A stretch of DNA of 64,000 nt from Nitrospinales bacterium (GCA_965223345.1 CBDCWG010000012.1:2304001-2368000), one strand, 5' to 3'. Shown: positions 49,384 to 59,490, counted from the stretch's first letter. Notes: generated by a model not told the origin, from the letters alone. Program-made: numbers and translations.

Positions 49384-51150
49384 TTGGAAATCGAATACAC
49401 GGGACATGCCGGTTTTATCGTGCGCGGGAAAGAGCGCTCCCTGATCCTGGACCCTTGGGTGAGCGCAGGAGGGGCGTTCGACAACTCCTGGTATCAGATG
49501 CCCTGCAATCACCACCTGAAGCAGGGGATGCTGGAAAAATTCAACGCCCGCAACAGCCTGCTCTACATTTCCCACCTGCATCAGGACCATTTCGACCGCG
49601 AGTTTTTAAAAGAGGTGGACAAGGACACGCCGATCCTGATTCCCAAATTCGAGAGCCGGGATTTCGTTCAGGAACTGGATCGGTTGGGATTCGCCTTCAT
49701 CCGGGAAATCGAGGACAGCGAGTCGATCGCGGTGTCGGGTTTCGCAATCACTGTGTTCGTCGATGACCGGGGGCTGAATCGGGATTCCGCCATTCTGGTA
49801 CGCAAGGATTCACAGAGCTTTTTGAATCTCAACGACTGCAAAATTTTCGACCGGTTGCACCACATTCAAAAAACCTTCGGCGACATCGACGTCTATTCCG
49901 TGCAGTTCAGCGGCGCTTCCTGGCATCCTGTCACATATCAATACACGGCGGATGAATTCGAAAAACTCTGCCGCAAGAAAAAAAACAGCAAATTCGCAAC
50001 CGTTCTCAATTCCCTGAAGCTGCTTTCCCCGCGTCACTACATCCCCTCGGCGGGGCCGGCCTGCTTTCTCGATCCCGATCTCAGGTGGATCAATGAGTTT
50101 GCCGAGAACTCGTTTCCCAGCAAATTCGAATTCATCGACTACCTCACGAGAAAAGGGTTCGGGGATTGCGTTCTCGATATGAATCCCGGAGATGTGTTTT
50201 GCACCACGCAAGACAAGTTCTCGCAAAAGCTCCCCGCCACGCTCAGCCGGGACAATTACCAGCAGTACATCGAGGAATACGCCCGCAGCCACTGCGATCG
50301 ATTTACAGATCGAAAAAGGTTCACCGGCCGCGAAAGCCTGGAACCCCTGTTTGCGCGGCTCAGGCAGGCGTTGACCCAAAAGGTCCGGGTGTTCGATCCT
50401 CCCGATTTCGTCGAATGCGTTCTCTACTTCTCTCTGTTCGAGCAGCCGGACCGTTACATCCGCATCGATTTGAACGCCGGGACGGTCGAGGAGACGGACC
50501 ACATCGACAGCGAAAAATATTACTGCATCGCCTATCCGGCCTGGCAGATCGCGCGCCTGCTGGACGGCGCGATTTCCTGGGAAGACCTCTCGCTGACGTT
50601 TCGCGCGCGCGTCAAACGCAACCCGGACCAGTACAACACCTATGTGAACGGTTTTCTTTATCTGGAAAGCCGGGATCTGCCGAAGTTCATCGACAAAGTG
50701 GCGGCGCTCAAAGCCAACACGCAGCGGGTGGACATTCAACACGACGACAAGACCTACGAGATCGCCCGGTTTTGCCCGCACCAGGGGGCCGATCTGAAAT
50801 ACGGCTGGGCGGACGAGGGCTGCTGGGTCTGCCCGCGGCATCGCTGGATGTTCGATCTGGATTCGGGAAACTGCGTCAACAGCGACGATACCATCTTCGT
50901 CCGGGAAACGGTTCCCGCTGCCGATCGCGACAAGGAAAAGGCGCCGGTCGCGGCCACCTCGAAACGCGGCCTGACCATCAAGCGGTTCACGCCGGAAGAG
51001 AAAGTGCGCATCGTGCTCGCCGGTCTGCGCGATGTGGAGGGCGTCCCCACACTGTGCCGGCGCGAAGGCATTTCGCTGCAAATTTATAACCGCTGGAGCG
51101 AGGATTTTGTCGAGGCCGGAAAAAAACGGCTCATGGGGGTCAAGGAATGA
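49384..51150 (+). CDS. NamH/CMAH-like hydroxylase (MBL fold + C-terminal Rieske [2Fe-2S]) fused to an IS3 OrfA-type HTH
   Basis: GHAGF, DPW, SHLHQDHFD, NLNDC, QFSGASWHP and PSAGPACFL motifs, plus Rieske CPH...CPRH. Ends with RFTPEEKVRIVLAGLR...LCRREGI...WSEDFVEAGKKRL. TTG 49384 follows GGGAGG. Confidence 0.85.
   Translation: MEIEYTGHAGFIVRGKERSLILDPWVSAGGAFDNSWYQMPCNHHLKQGMLEKFNARNSLLYISHLHQDHFDREFLKEVDKDTPILIPKFESRDFVQELDRLGFAFIREIEDSESIAVSGFAITVFVDDRGLNRDSAILVRKDSQSFLNLNDCKIFDRLHHIQKTFGDIDVYSVQFSGASWHPVTYQYTADEFEKLCRKKKNSKFATVLNSLKLLSPRHYIPSAGPACFLDPDLRWINEFAENSFPSKFEFIDYLTRKGFGDCVLDMNPGDVFCTTQDKFSQKLPATLSRDNYQQYIEEYARSHCDRFTDRKRFTGRESLEPLFARLRQALTQKVRVFDPPDFVECVLYFSLFEQPDRYIRIDLNAGTVEETDHIDSEKYYCIAYPAWQIARLLDGAISWEDLSLTFRARVKRNPDQYNTYVNGFLYLESRDLPKFIDKVAALKANTQRVDIQHDDKTYEIARFCPHQGADLKYGWADEGCWVCPRHRWMFDLDSGNCVNSDDTIFVRETVPAADRDKEKAPVAATSKRGLTIKRFTPEEKVRIVLAGLRDVEGVPTLCRREGISLQIYNRWSEDFVEAGKKRLMGVKE
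50935..51150 (+). mobile_element. IS3-family OrfA HTH remnant, in frame within the hydroxylase gene
   Basis: Matches the IS3 OrfA pattern EKAP...FSAEEKIRIVL.GLRG...LCRREGI...WSKEFLEAGKRRL. No OrfB, leucine zipper or terminal repeats seen. Confidence 0.75.
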
Positions 51151-51168
51151 CGGCCGGGCGGTTGGGCC

Positions 51169-52563
51169 TCAAAGATTCTCCGACTTGAAGACGATCAATT
51201 TCTCTTCCGTCATCTCATCCATCGCCGGGCAAATGCCGCCCACACCCAGGCCCGAGGCCTTTCGTCCCGCAAACGGCATCCAGTCCACCCTGAACGCGGT
51301 GTGGTCGTTGATCATCACCGCGGCGGCGTTCAGGTGGTTCGCCGCATCGAGGGCGGCGTCCACATCCTGCGTGAACACCGCGGCCTGGAACGCATAGGGA
51401 ATCTTGTTGGCGCGCCGGATCGCCGCACGGCGGTCGCTGTAGGAATACACACTGACCACCGGGCCGAAGATTTCCTCCTGCGAAAGCCGCACGCTGTCGG
51501 GCGGATCGAGCACCACCGTCGGCGCGTAGCAGGTCTTGTTGAGCCGGCGGCCTCCCGATATCACACCGGCGCCCGCATCTTTCGCTTCCTCCACCCATTC
51601 GGCCACGCGATCGACTTCCCGTTCCAGGATCAACGGACCCACTTCGGTGATGTCGTTCAGCGGGTTCCCCACCTTGAGCTGATTCGTGAGCGCCGACAAT
51701 TCCCCCGCCACGCGCTCGACGATCCTCTGGTGCGCAAACACGCGCTGCACGGAAACGCAGACCTGACCGGCGTGGTAGTAGCCGCCCTTCAAGAGCGCCG
51801 GCATGGTTTTGCGGACGTCGGCGTCGGCCTCAATGATCACCGGGGCGGCGCCGCCGTGTTCCAGGGCGCAGCGGGTTCCCGGCGCCGCTTTCGCGCGCAG
51901 CTGCCAGCCGACTTTGGCGGAGCCGATGAAGGACAGAAACCGCACGCGTGAGTCGGTGGCCAGTTTCTCGGCCAGCGAGTTGTCGATCAGCATCGCCCGG
52001 CACCAGTCCTCGGGAAGACCGGCCTCCTTCAGGCAATCGAGAAGGTTGAGGCACGATAGCGGCGTCGTGAGCGCCGGTTTCACGATGACCGGGCAGCCCA
52101 CGGCGAGGGCGGGGATGACCTGATGCACGATCAGATTGAAAGGGTGGTTGAAGGCGCTGATCGCCGCCACCAGACCGATCGGTTCGCGCACCGTGAACGC
52201 CCAGCGGTGGCGCGACGATTCACTGAGGTTCATGGGGATCTGCCGTCCGGTGAGTTCCGGGATGCAGCGTGCCGCCTCGCGGATGCCCTGAACGGCCCGG
52301 TCCAGCTCCACGCGCGAATCCAGCAGCGGCTTCCCGCCTTCCTCCGCAGCCTGCCGCGCGAACGCCTCGCGTTTTTCGTGCACCAGGTCCGCGGTTTTTT
52401 CCAGGATGCGGATGCGCTCATCCGGCGTGAGCGCCTTATCCGGGTTTTCCGCCAGTCTGGAGCCGCTGTGCAGCGCCCGTTCCAGCTCGGCTTCGGTGTT
52501 CCAGTCCAGCTCTGCGATCCGATTGCCGTCGAAGGGGGATTGAACTTCGAGTTTGCTATCCAT
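51169..52563 (-). CDS. Aldehyde dehydrogenase (ALDH21/RL0313-like, possible succinic semialdehyde dehydrogenase)
   Basis: AFNHP, KPA, FIGS, LEHGG, GQVCVS and EEIFGP motifs. Confidence 0.9.
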   Translation of the reverse strand: MDSKLEVQSPFDGNRIAELDWNTEAELERALHSGSRLAENPDKALTPDERIRILEKTADLVHEKREAFARQAAEEGGKPLLDSRVELDRAVQGIREAARCIPELTGRQIPMNLSESSRHRWAFTVREPIGLVAAISAFNHPFNLIVHQVIPALAVGCPVIVKPALTTPLSCLNLLDCLKEAGLPEDWCRAMLIDNSLAEKLATDSRVRFLSFIGSAKVGWQLRAKAAPGTRCALEHGGAAPVIIEADADVRKTMPALLKGGYYHAGQVCVSVQRVFAHQRIVERVAGELSALTNQLKVGNPLNDITEVGPLILEREVDRVAEWVEEAKDAGAGVISGGRRLNKTCYAPTVVLDPPDSVRLSQEEIFGPVVSVYSYSDRRAAIRRANKIPYAFQAAVFTQDVDAALDAANHLNAAAVMINDHTAFRVDWMPFAGRKASGLGVGGICPAMDEMTEEKLIVFKSENL

Positions 52564-52630
52564 AGGAGCGTGTTTCCTTCAGAGAAAAGATTTCAGAATG
52601 CCCGGGCCGGAGCCGGGACGCCGGAGTCCG

Positions 52631-54271
52631 TCACAGGATACAGGTTTTCGCGTTGAGTTCCTCGGTCAGGACCTTTTCGTTTTCCGAATAGTCCATCGGG
52701 ATCTCCACAACGTGCACTCCCTTGGCGTTCAGGCAGTCCCTGAGCAGGTGCGGCAGCGAGGCATTGTCTTTCAGGCGATGCCCCTTTGCGCCGTAAGATT
52801 CGGCGTACTGCACGAAATCCGGGTTGCCGTAGTCGAGGCCGAAATTGTCGAATCCCATGCCTGCCTGCTTCCACTTGATCATGCCGTAGCCGTCGTCCCT
52901 GAGGACCAGCACCACCAGGTCCAGGCCCAGCCGGACCGCGGTTTCCAGCTCCTGGGAATTCATCATGAAGCCGCCGTCGCCGCACACCGTCAGCACCTTG
53001 CGATCCGGGTGCACGATCTTCGCACCCATAGCCGAAGGCAGACCCGCGCCCATGGTCGCCAGCGCGTTGTCCAGCAGCAGCGTGTTCGTTCCGTAGGCTT
53101 TGTAGTTTCTCGCGAACCAGATTTTGTAAATGCCGTTGTCCAGGGTGACGATCCCGTTATCCGGCATCGCCTCCCGCACCTGCGAGACCAGGTGCTGCGG
53201 CACGATGGGAAAACCGTTGTCCGCGCTTTTCTCGCGGATGTGCAACTCCACTTCCTGTTTGATGCGGCCGTAGTAATCGAAGTCCCAGTGATCGGCCGGC
53301 TCCAGTCTTTCCGCCAGCGCCTCGACGCTGTCGGCGATGTCGCCCACCACCTCCAGCTGCGGGAAGTACACCGCATCGACGTGGGCGGAGAAATAGTTGA
53401 CGTGAATGACCTGCGCGCCGCCGGGCTGCATGAAAAACGGCGGCTTCTCGATGACGTCGTGGCCGACGTTGACGATGAGGTCGGCGCGGTCGATGGCGCA
53501 GTGCAGGTAATCCTTGTTGGAAAGGGCGGCGGTGCCGAGAAAGCGCGGGTGCCGCTCGTCGATCACGCCTTTGCCCATCTGCGTGTTGAAAAAATACAGG
53601 CCGTTCTTGTCGGTCAACCGGTGCAGGGCCCGGCAGGTGCGGTTGCGGTTGGCCCCCGCGCCGACCAGCACCAGCGGCCGGCTTGCGGCGCGGATCATGG
53701 CGACCGCCTGATCGAGGCTCTCGCTGTTGGGCTGCGGCCGCATCGGTTCGGTCAGCGGGTAGGGCGAGGCGTCGCACTCTTCGGCGGCGATGTCTTCGGG
53801 CAGCTCGATGTGCACCGCTCCCGGCCGTTCTTCGGTGGCCAGGCGCACCGCCTCGCGTACGACGACGGGAATGTTGTTGCCGTGCACGATCTGATGCGTG
53901 TACTTGGTGATCGGCCGCATCATCTCCACCACGTCGATGATCTGAAAGCGTCCCTGCTTGCTGGTCTTGATCGGTTTCTGGCCGGAGATCATCATGATCG
54001 GCATTGCGCCCAGCTGGGCGTAGGCCGCTGCGGTCACGAAATTGGTGGCTCCAGGCCCGAGCGTCGAGAGACAGACACCGACCTTGCCGGTCAGCCTGCC
54101 GTATGTGGCGGCCATGAATCCGGCGGCCTGTTCGTGGCGGGTGAGGATCAGTTTGATTTTGGAATTTCTGAGGGATTCGAGAAAATCGAGATTCTCCTCG
54201 CCGGGAATCCCGAAAATGGTTTCCACGCCTTCGTGTTCCAACGAGCGGATGAAAAGATCCGATGCTTTCAT
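52631..54271 (-). CDS. ThDP-dependent acetolactate-synthase-like enzyme (possible 2-oxoglutarate decarboxylase)
   Basis: Start MKASDLF. FGIPGEEN, RHEQ, TLGPGATN, GDGGFMMN and DYSEN motifs. Confidence 0.88.
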   Translation of the reverse strand: MKASDLFIRSLEHEGVETIFGIPGEENLDFLESLRNSKIKLILTRHEQAAGFMAATYGRLTGKVGVCLSTLGPGATNFVTAAAYAQLGAMPIMMISGQKPIKTSKQGRFQIIDVVEMMRPITKYTHQIVHGNNIPVVVREAVRLATEERPGAVHIELPEDIAAEECDASPYPLTEPMRPQPNSESLDQAVAMIRAASRPLVLVGAGANRNRTCRALHRLTDKNGLYFFNTQMGKGVIDERHPRFLGTAALSNKDYLHCAIDRADLIVNVGHDVIEKPPFFMQPGGAQVIHVNYFSAHVDAVYFPQLEVVGDIADSVEALAERLEPADHWDFDYYGRIKQEVELHIREKSADNGFPIVPQHLVSQVREAMPDNGIVTLDNGIYKIWFARNYKAYGTNTLLLDNALATMGAGLPSAMGAKIVHPDRKVLTVCGDGGFMMNSQELETAVRLGLDLVVLVLRDDGYGMIKWKQAGMGFDNFGLDYGNPDFVQYAESYGAKGHRLKDNASLPHLLRDCLNAKGVHVVEIPMDYSENEKVLTEELNAKTCIL

Positions 54272-54580
54272 AGGGGCGGCTCCGGGGTCTGACTGAACGA
54301 GAGTGAAGTGGTATCCTTCGTGAATCTGCGGTCCCGCCGTTGTCCGCGCGGAGGCAGCAGCACCGGTTTGTCTCGCGGTTTGTTTGAAACTTACAAAATA
54401 ACGGGATTTGCCCCGGCTTTCCACAAGAATCCGCGCCGCAGCGGGCGAATTGCCGGGAAATCCACCGGAGGGTGAAAGGAAACCCCCGCATCCGCGACCC
54501 GGTGGGCAGGCATCCCAAGGCAGCCGTCCGGATCGTTGCCGATGACGCCGGGCTCATTCATCCACGACAGGAGGCACACG

Positions 54581-55930
54581 ATGACGGAATGTCCCGAACT
54601 GACGCACGACAATTTCATGCACGGCCTGAAACGCCGCAATCCGGGTGAAACGGAGTTTCACCAGGCGGTGGAAGAGGTCGCGCACTATCTCATCCCCTAC
54701 ATCCAGCGGAATTCGAAATACGAAACGGCGCACATCCTGGAACGGCTGACCGAACCGGACCGCATCGTCATCTTCCGGGTTTGCTGGCAGGACGACGCAG
54801 GCAACGTGCGCACCAACCGGGGATACCGGGTTCAGTTCAACAATTCCATCGGCCCCTACAAGGGAGGGCTGCGTTTTCATCCTTCGGTCAACCTGAGCAT
54901 TCTCAAGTTTCTTGGTTTCGAGCAGATCTTCAAAAACAGCCTGACCACGTTGCCGATGGGGGCGGGGAAGGGCGGCGCGGATTTCAACCCGAAAGGAAAA
55001 TCCGACAGCGAGATCATGCGCTTCTGCCAGGCGTTCATGATGGAGCTGACGAAACACATCGGCGAAAACATCGACATTCCCGCAGGCGACATCGGTGTGG
55101 GGGCGCGCGAGATCAGCTTCATGTTCGGCCAGTACAAGCGGCTGCGCAACGAATTCACCGGCGCGCTGACCGGCAAGGGGCTGGAGTTCGGCGGCAGCCG
55201 CATCCGCAAGGAGGCGACGGGATTCGGCTGCGCCTATTTCATGCAGGAGATGCTGAAACGCAAACAGGAATCGCTGGAGGGGAAATCCTGCGTGATTTCC
55301 GGCTCGGGCAACGTGGCCCAGTACACGGCGATCAAGCTGATGCAACTGGGCGCGAAGGTGATCTCGCTTTCCGATTCGTCGGGGTTCGTGCACGATCCGG
55401 CCGGCCTCGATGCGGAAAAGCTCGATCACGTCATCGAGCTCAAAACCGTGCGGCGCGGCCGCATCTCGGAGTTCGCAGAAAAATTCGGCTTGAACTATCA
55501 CGAGGGCAAGCGGCCGTGGGACCTTGAGTGCGACCTGGCGTTTCCCTGCGCCACGCAGAACGAGCTGGAGGAAAACGACGCGAAAGCGCTGGTGAAAAAC
55601 GGCTGCCAGGCGGTCGCGGAAGGGGCGAACATGCCGGCGACGCGCGCTGCGATCCAGCGCTTTCACGAAGCCGGCGTTACCTTCGCGCCGGGCAAGGCGT
55701 CCAACGCCGGCGGCGTGGCCGTGTCGGGCCTGGAGATGACGCAGAACAGCATCCGCATGGCCTGGTCGCATGACGAGCTGGAAGCGCATCTGCAAAGCAT
55801 CATGGCCAGAATACACAGCCAGTGCGTCGAGCACGGGCAGCAGGGCAAGGACCTGGATTACGTGCGCGGCGCCAATGTCGCGGGGTTCGTGAAAGTGGCC
55901 GACGCCATGCTGGCGTATGGGGTGATCTGA
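54581..55930 (+). CDS. gdhA: NADP-specific glutamate dehydrogenase
   Basis: GPYKGGLRFHP, GKGG, PAGDIGVG, GSGNVA and NAGGVA motifs. AGGAGG RBS before ATG 54581. Confidence 0.95.
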   Translation: MTECPELTHDNFMHGLKRRNPGETEFHQAVEEVAHYLIPYIQRNSKYETAHILERLTEPDRIVIFRVCWQDDAGNVRTNRGYRVQFNNSIGPYKGGLRFHPSVNLSILKFLGFEQIFKNSLTTLPMGAGKGGADFNPKGKSDSEIMRFCQAFMMELTKHIGENIDIPAGDIGVGAREISFMFGQYKRLRNEFTGALTGKGLEFGGSRIRKEATGFGCAYFMQEMLKRKQESLEGKSCVISGSGNVAQYTAIKLMQLGAKVISLSDSSGFVHDPAGLDAEKLDHVIELKTVRRGRISEFAEKFGLNYHEGKRPWDLECDLAFPCATQNELEENDAKALVKNGCQAVAEGANMPATRAAIQRFHEAGVTFAPGKASNAGGVAVSGLEMTQNSIRMAWSHDELEAHLQSIMARIHSQCVEHGQQGKDLDYVRGANVAGFVKVADAMLAYGVI

Positions 55931-56260
55931 CGGCGACAACGCCGTGCTCCGCCCGGGTTGCGGGCAAAAGCCTTGTATTCCGCCCGGCAAATCAAAAAAA
56001 CGGCAGCAGGCGGTTTTTCAATCGATTTGAAGGCTTGAAAATCGGAGCGATTGACGGGACAATGGATGTCGGTCCTACAGTGCCGATTTTAAAGAAGAAT
56101 GTCAAAATTCCGCATGCACTTCCCGTCATCCAGGACTCGACCATCGCTTGCACATCGCCTGTAAGGTATTCGGGCTTCTGAGGACCTAACTCAAACGTTT
56201 TTTGGGGACCCTGGGTTACGATATAAAGTTGGACAGCTTTTTCATCCGAGGAGTTTGAAA

Positions 56261-57418
56261 ATGAAAAAACGATTAGCAGGGTATGCGGCTGCTTTCGCTT
56301 CTCTCGCACTGGTGCTGGCTCTGGGGGTCTCGGCTTTATCCGCTTCCGGCCCCGAGTCCGGAGAGAAAAGCGTGCAGGACACACAGAAAATGGAAGCCGG
56401 GGGAGTCGCCACCTTTGCGGGCGGCTGTTTCTGGTGCATGGAGCCGCCGTTTGAAAAGCTCACAGGCGTGCACAGCGTGGTCTCCGGGTACACCGGCGGG
56501 CACAAGAAAAACCCGACCTACAAGGAAGTGACCTACGGGGACACCGGGCACGTGGAAGCGGTGCAGATCCATTACGATCCCGAAAAGATCACCTACGAGC
56601 AGCTTCTGGAGGTGTTCTGGAGAAACGTCAACCCGACCGATGCGGGCGGCCAGTTTGTGGACCGCGGTTCCTCGTACGTGACCGGCATTTTCTATCACGA
56701 CGAGGCGCAGAAAAACGCGGCCTTGAAGTCGAAAAAAGCTCTGGATCAGAGCGGACGCTACGACAAAAAGATCGTGACGCCCGTGACCGCCGCCGGGGAG
56801 TTTTACCGGGCGGAGGAATACCATCAGGACTACTACAAGAAAAACCCGTTCCGCTATAAATTCTACCGGTCGCGCTCGGGAAGGGACCAGTTCATCGAGC
56901 GGATCTGGGCCAAGGAACGCGACGAGGCGCTCATGAACACTTCAAAGCATGGCAAGGGAGGTCCTTACAGCAAACCGAGCGACGAGGAGCTCAAAAAGCG
57001 GCTGACCCCGATGCAGTACAAAGTGACACAGAAGGACGGTACCGAGCCGCCTTTCAAGAACGCATACTGGGACAACAAGAAGGACGGGATCTATGTGGAC
57101 ATCGTTTCGGGCGAGCCGCTGTTCAGCTCGCGCGACAAATTCGATTCCAAAACCGGCTGGCCTTCTTTCACCCGGCCGCTGGATCCGGACAACATCGTGA
57201 CCAAGACCGACACCAGCTTTTTCATGGTGCGGACGGAAGTGCGCTCCAAGAACGGCGATTCGCATCTGGGGCATGTGTTCGACGACGGTCCCAAGCCCAC
57301 GGGCAAGCGCTACTGCATCAACTCGGCTTCCCTGCGGTTCGTTCCGGTCGAGAAGCTGGAAGAAGAGGGATACGGGGATTACAAGGACCTGTTCAAGCGG
57401 GGGGCGAAGGCTTCCTGA
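56261..57418 (+). CDS. msrAB: Secreted fused peptide methionine sulfoxide reductase MsrA-MsrB
   Basis: Signal peptide, MsrA GGCFW/AEEYHQ motifs and MsrB GWPSF/HLGHVF/RYCINS motifs. Confidence 0.95.
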   Translation: MKKRLAGYAAAFASLALVLALGVSALSASGPESGEKSVQDTQKMEAGGVATFAGGCFWCMEPPFEKLTGVHSVVSGYTGGHKKNPTYKEVTYGDTGHVEAVQIHYDPEKITYEQLLEVFWRNVNPTDAGGQFVDRGSSYVTGIFYHDEAQKNAALKSKKALDQSGRYDKKIVTPVTAAGEFYRAEEYHQDYYKKNPFRYKFYRSRSGRDQFIERIWAKERDEALMNTSKHGKGGPYSKPSDEELKKRLTPMQYKVTQKDGTEPPFKNAYWDNKKDGIYVDIVSGEPLFSSRDKFDSKTGWPSFTRPLDPDNIVTKTDTSFFMVRTEVRSKNGDSHLGHVFDDGPKPTGKRYCINSASLRFVPVEKLEEEGYGDYKDLFKRGAKAS

Positions 57419-57476
57419 CTTTTAGCGCTTGAGGTAGTGTGTTTTTGCTGAACGAGTGGTGTCGTTTGCGGCAAAG

Positions 57477-57527
57477 ACAAAAAAATACCGGGGATGGAAT
57501 CTTGCGATTCCTCCCCGGTTTTTTTGT
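57477..57527. terminator. Bidirectional terminator between msrAB and the collagen-like gene
   Basis: A-run, accgggga...tccccggt stem, T-run, between convergent genes. Confidence 0.75.
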
Positions 57528-57542
57528 ATCCGGATGCGGGGC

Positions 57543-58310
57543 CTACAGCGTCGGTTCGGCGCAGATGACGTACACTTTCATGTTCGCCACTTTTGCGGAC
57601 GTTTTGTTGACCAGGGTGGTTTCCCAGGTGTTGACGCTGGAAGGGTAGTTGGTTTCGCTGAAGCACTGATCGCAGCCTGCGGCGGTGAAGCCGCCACCCA
57701 ACAGGATCTTGCCGGTGGAGCAGCTCATGAAGGCGGTTTTCCTCTGTCCGGCGGGCACCTTGTAGGTTTTGCTTTCCAGCCGTTCCCATCCGGCCACGCC
57801 GTTGATCGCCGACGTGGAGACGGACTGGGTTTTGCCCGGAGGGCCTGGAGGACCCGGAGGGCCTTGCGGACCCATCGGACCCGGTTTGCCGGGATCGCCT
57901 TTGGCGCCTTTCGGCCCGCGGGGACCCATCACGCCGTTTTCACCGGCCTGAGCTTGCTGTAACGCAGGGATCTGGCCCTCGGCCACCATCTGCTGCACCA
58001 CGGCGGCGACGGCCTCAGAATCCACGGCTGCGGGCGCTGGCGCGGACTGTGCCGTCCTGACCTGGCCCTGGACCTTGTCCTGGATCTTGGCGTCCACGGT
58101 GGACATCATGTAGACCAGGGAAATGGCCGCACCGACAGCCACGCTGGCCGCGATGCTGATCATGTTGACGACCGGAGAGCTTTTTTTCTCCAGCGTCACA
58201 GGCGATCCCGGAACTTTTCCGGTGTCCACGCCGGGGATCGTCTTGTCCTTGATCGGCTCAACGGGATACTTTTTGGTGGGCACCCACCTTTCCTTTACCG
58301 GTTTTTCCAT
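57543..58310 (-). CDS. Membrane-anchored collagen-like protein
   Basis: One TM segment, (G-X-Y)13 and a Cys-containing C-terminal domain (C..GK.LLGGG...YVIC). Start ATG 58310. Confidence 0.82.
   Translation of the reverse strand: MEKPVKERWVPTKKYPVEPIKDKTIPGVDTGKVPGSPVTLEKKSSPVVNMISIAASVAVGAAISLVYMMSTVDAKIQDKVQGQVRTAQSAPAPAAVDSEAVAAVVQQMVAEGQIPALQQAQAGENGVMGPRGPKGAKGDPGKPGPMGPQGPPGPPGPPGKTQSVSTSAINGVAGWERLESKTYKVPAGQRKTAFMSCSTGKILLGGGFTAAGCDQCFSETNYPSSVNTWETTLVNKTSAKVANMKVYVICAEPTL
57828..57944 (-). repeat. Collagen triple-helix repeat, 13 G-X-Y units
   Basis: [39 protein letters not shown]. Confidence 0.9.
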
Positions 58311-58365
58311 CTCGGCACATCCCTTAAAAAGCAATTAATAATAGAATCTCAAAATTACCCTCGAA

Positions 58366-59490
58366 TCAGTTTCCCGCTTTCTTCATGGGAAACGAAACGA
58401 TCATGCCGCCCATCAGGTCGTCCAGCTGAAAATCCTTTTTCGGACTTTTCGGATGGTCGTTGTGGCACTGCACACAGGTCTTGTTGACCGCAAAATCCGG
58501 ATACACCGCCTGAAAGTAGGTGGCGCGCCCGCGTTTCATTTTTCCCATATAGGGCCGCAGCGGGTTGACTTCCACCGACACCAGGGCCTTGCGTTCGAAC
58601 TCGTTGGCGGCGCTGTTGTTGAAGTTGATCGGCCACAGGCTGATCAACCGGAAGTTCAGACCCAGCTTGTTCTTGCGGGCCAGCCGGCTGGTGTTGAGCA
58701 GGTACTGGGCCGGCAGCGGCAGCGCGTTGTCGTCCACCCAGGATTCCTTGGCGGCGATGATGTTGTTGGCTTTCATGCGTTTTACGACGTATTCGGTGTA
58801 GACGTAGCGGTCGGATTCGAGGATTGCGTGGACGTAGTCGGATACGATCTGCGGCGGAACGTTGAAGACGTCGTTGTTGCCGGCAACGCCTTTCTCACTC
58901 AGAGGAACGTTGAGAAGGGGGATGTTGATCAGGACGCCGCCCATGACATCGCCTTCCTCATAGTCGGTTTTGGGCGATTTGGGGTGGTTGTTGTGACAGG
59001 TGATGCAGGACTCCGCGTTGGCGAGGTCCGGGTAAATGGCCTGAAAGTTCCAGTTCCCCTCTTTTTTCACCACCCAGGTGAACGGCGTTTTCGATCCCTT
59101 CCTCAAACTGCGCAGCCCCAGCGTTTCCAGATCCGATCCCGGTTTGTTTTCCGGGTTGATCGGGTTGAGCCCCAGCAGCCTGATTTTCAGACCGATTCCG
59201 GCTTCGTTGGACTGCTTTGCGGAAAGCTTCAGAAACTGCGCCGGCAGCGGCAGCGTGTTTTCCGCTTTCCAGTTCTCCGTGGCTTTCAGGGAAATCTTCT
59301 TGTTGAGACGCCCGACGATTTCCTGGGCGTAGAACTGACGGCTGGCTTCGATGATGGAGTGGATGTAATCGGTTGCCAGTTTCGCGGGAATGCCGTCCTG
59401 ATCCTGAGCGGCCACCGGAAGGACCGAAAAGCCAAAAAGACAGACTGCCAAAAGTCCGGACCACATTGGTTTGTTCGTAGGCCTGTTCAT
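58366..59490 (-). CDS. Periplasmic protein with two tandem DUF3365/Tll0287-like c-heme domains
   Basis: Signal peptide and an internal duplication (LPLPAQ[FY]L, PIN..N, QA[IV]YPD, CITCH/CVQCH, MGG). GAGG RBS before ATG 59490. Confidence 0.85.
   Translation of the reverse strand: MNRPTNKPMWSGLLAVCLFGFSVLPVAAQDQDGIPAKLATDYIHSIIEASRQFYAQEIVGRLNKKISLKATENWKAENTLPLPAQFLKLSAKQSNEAGIGLKIRLLGLNPINPENKPGSDLETLGLRSLRKGSKTPFTWVVKKEGNWNFQAIYPDLANAESCITCHNNHPKSPKTDYEEGDVMGGVLINIPLLNVPLSEKGVAGNNDVFNVPPQIVSDYVHAILESDRYVYTEYVVKRMKANNIIAAKESWVDDNALPLPAQYLLNTSRLARKNKLGLNFRLISLWPINFNNSAANEFERKALVSVEVNPLRPYMGKMKRGRATYFQAVYPDFAVNKTCVQCHNDHPKSPKKDFQLDDLMGGMIVSFPMKKAGN

Noticed and set aside
56161..56189. ECF-sigma-like GTAAGG...CTAA upstream of msrAB
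   Set aside because: Spacing is several nt longer than usual for ECF promoters.
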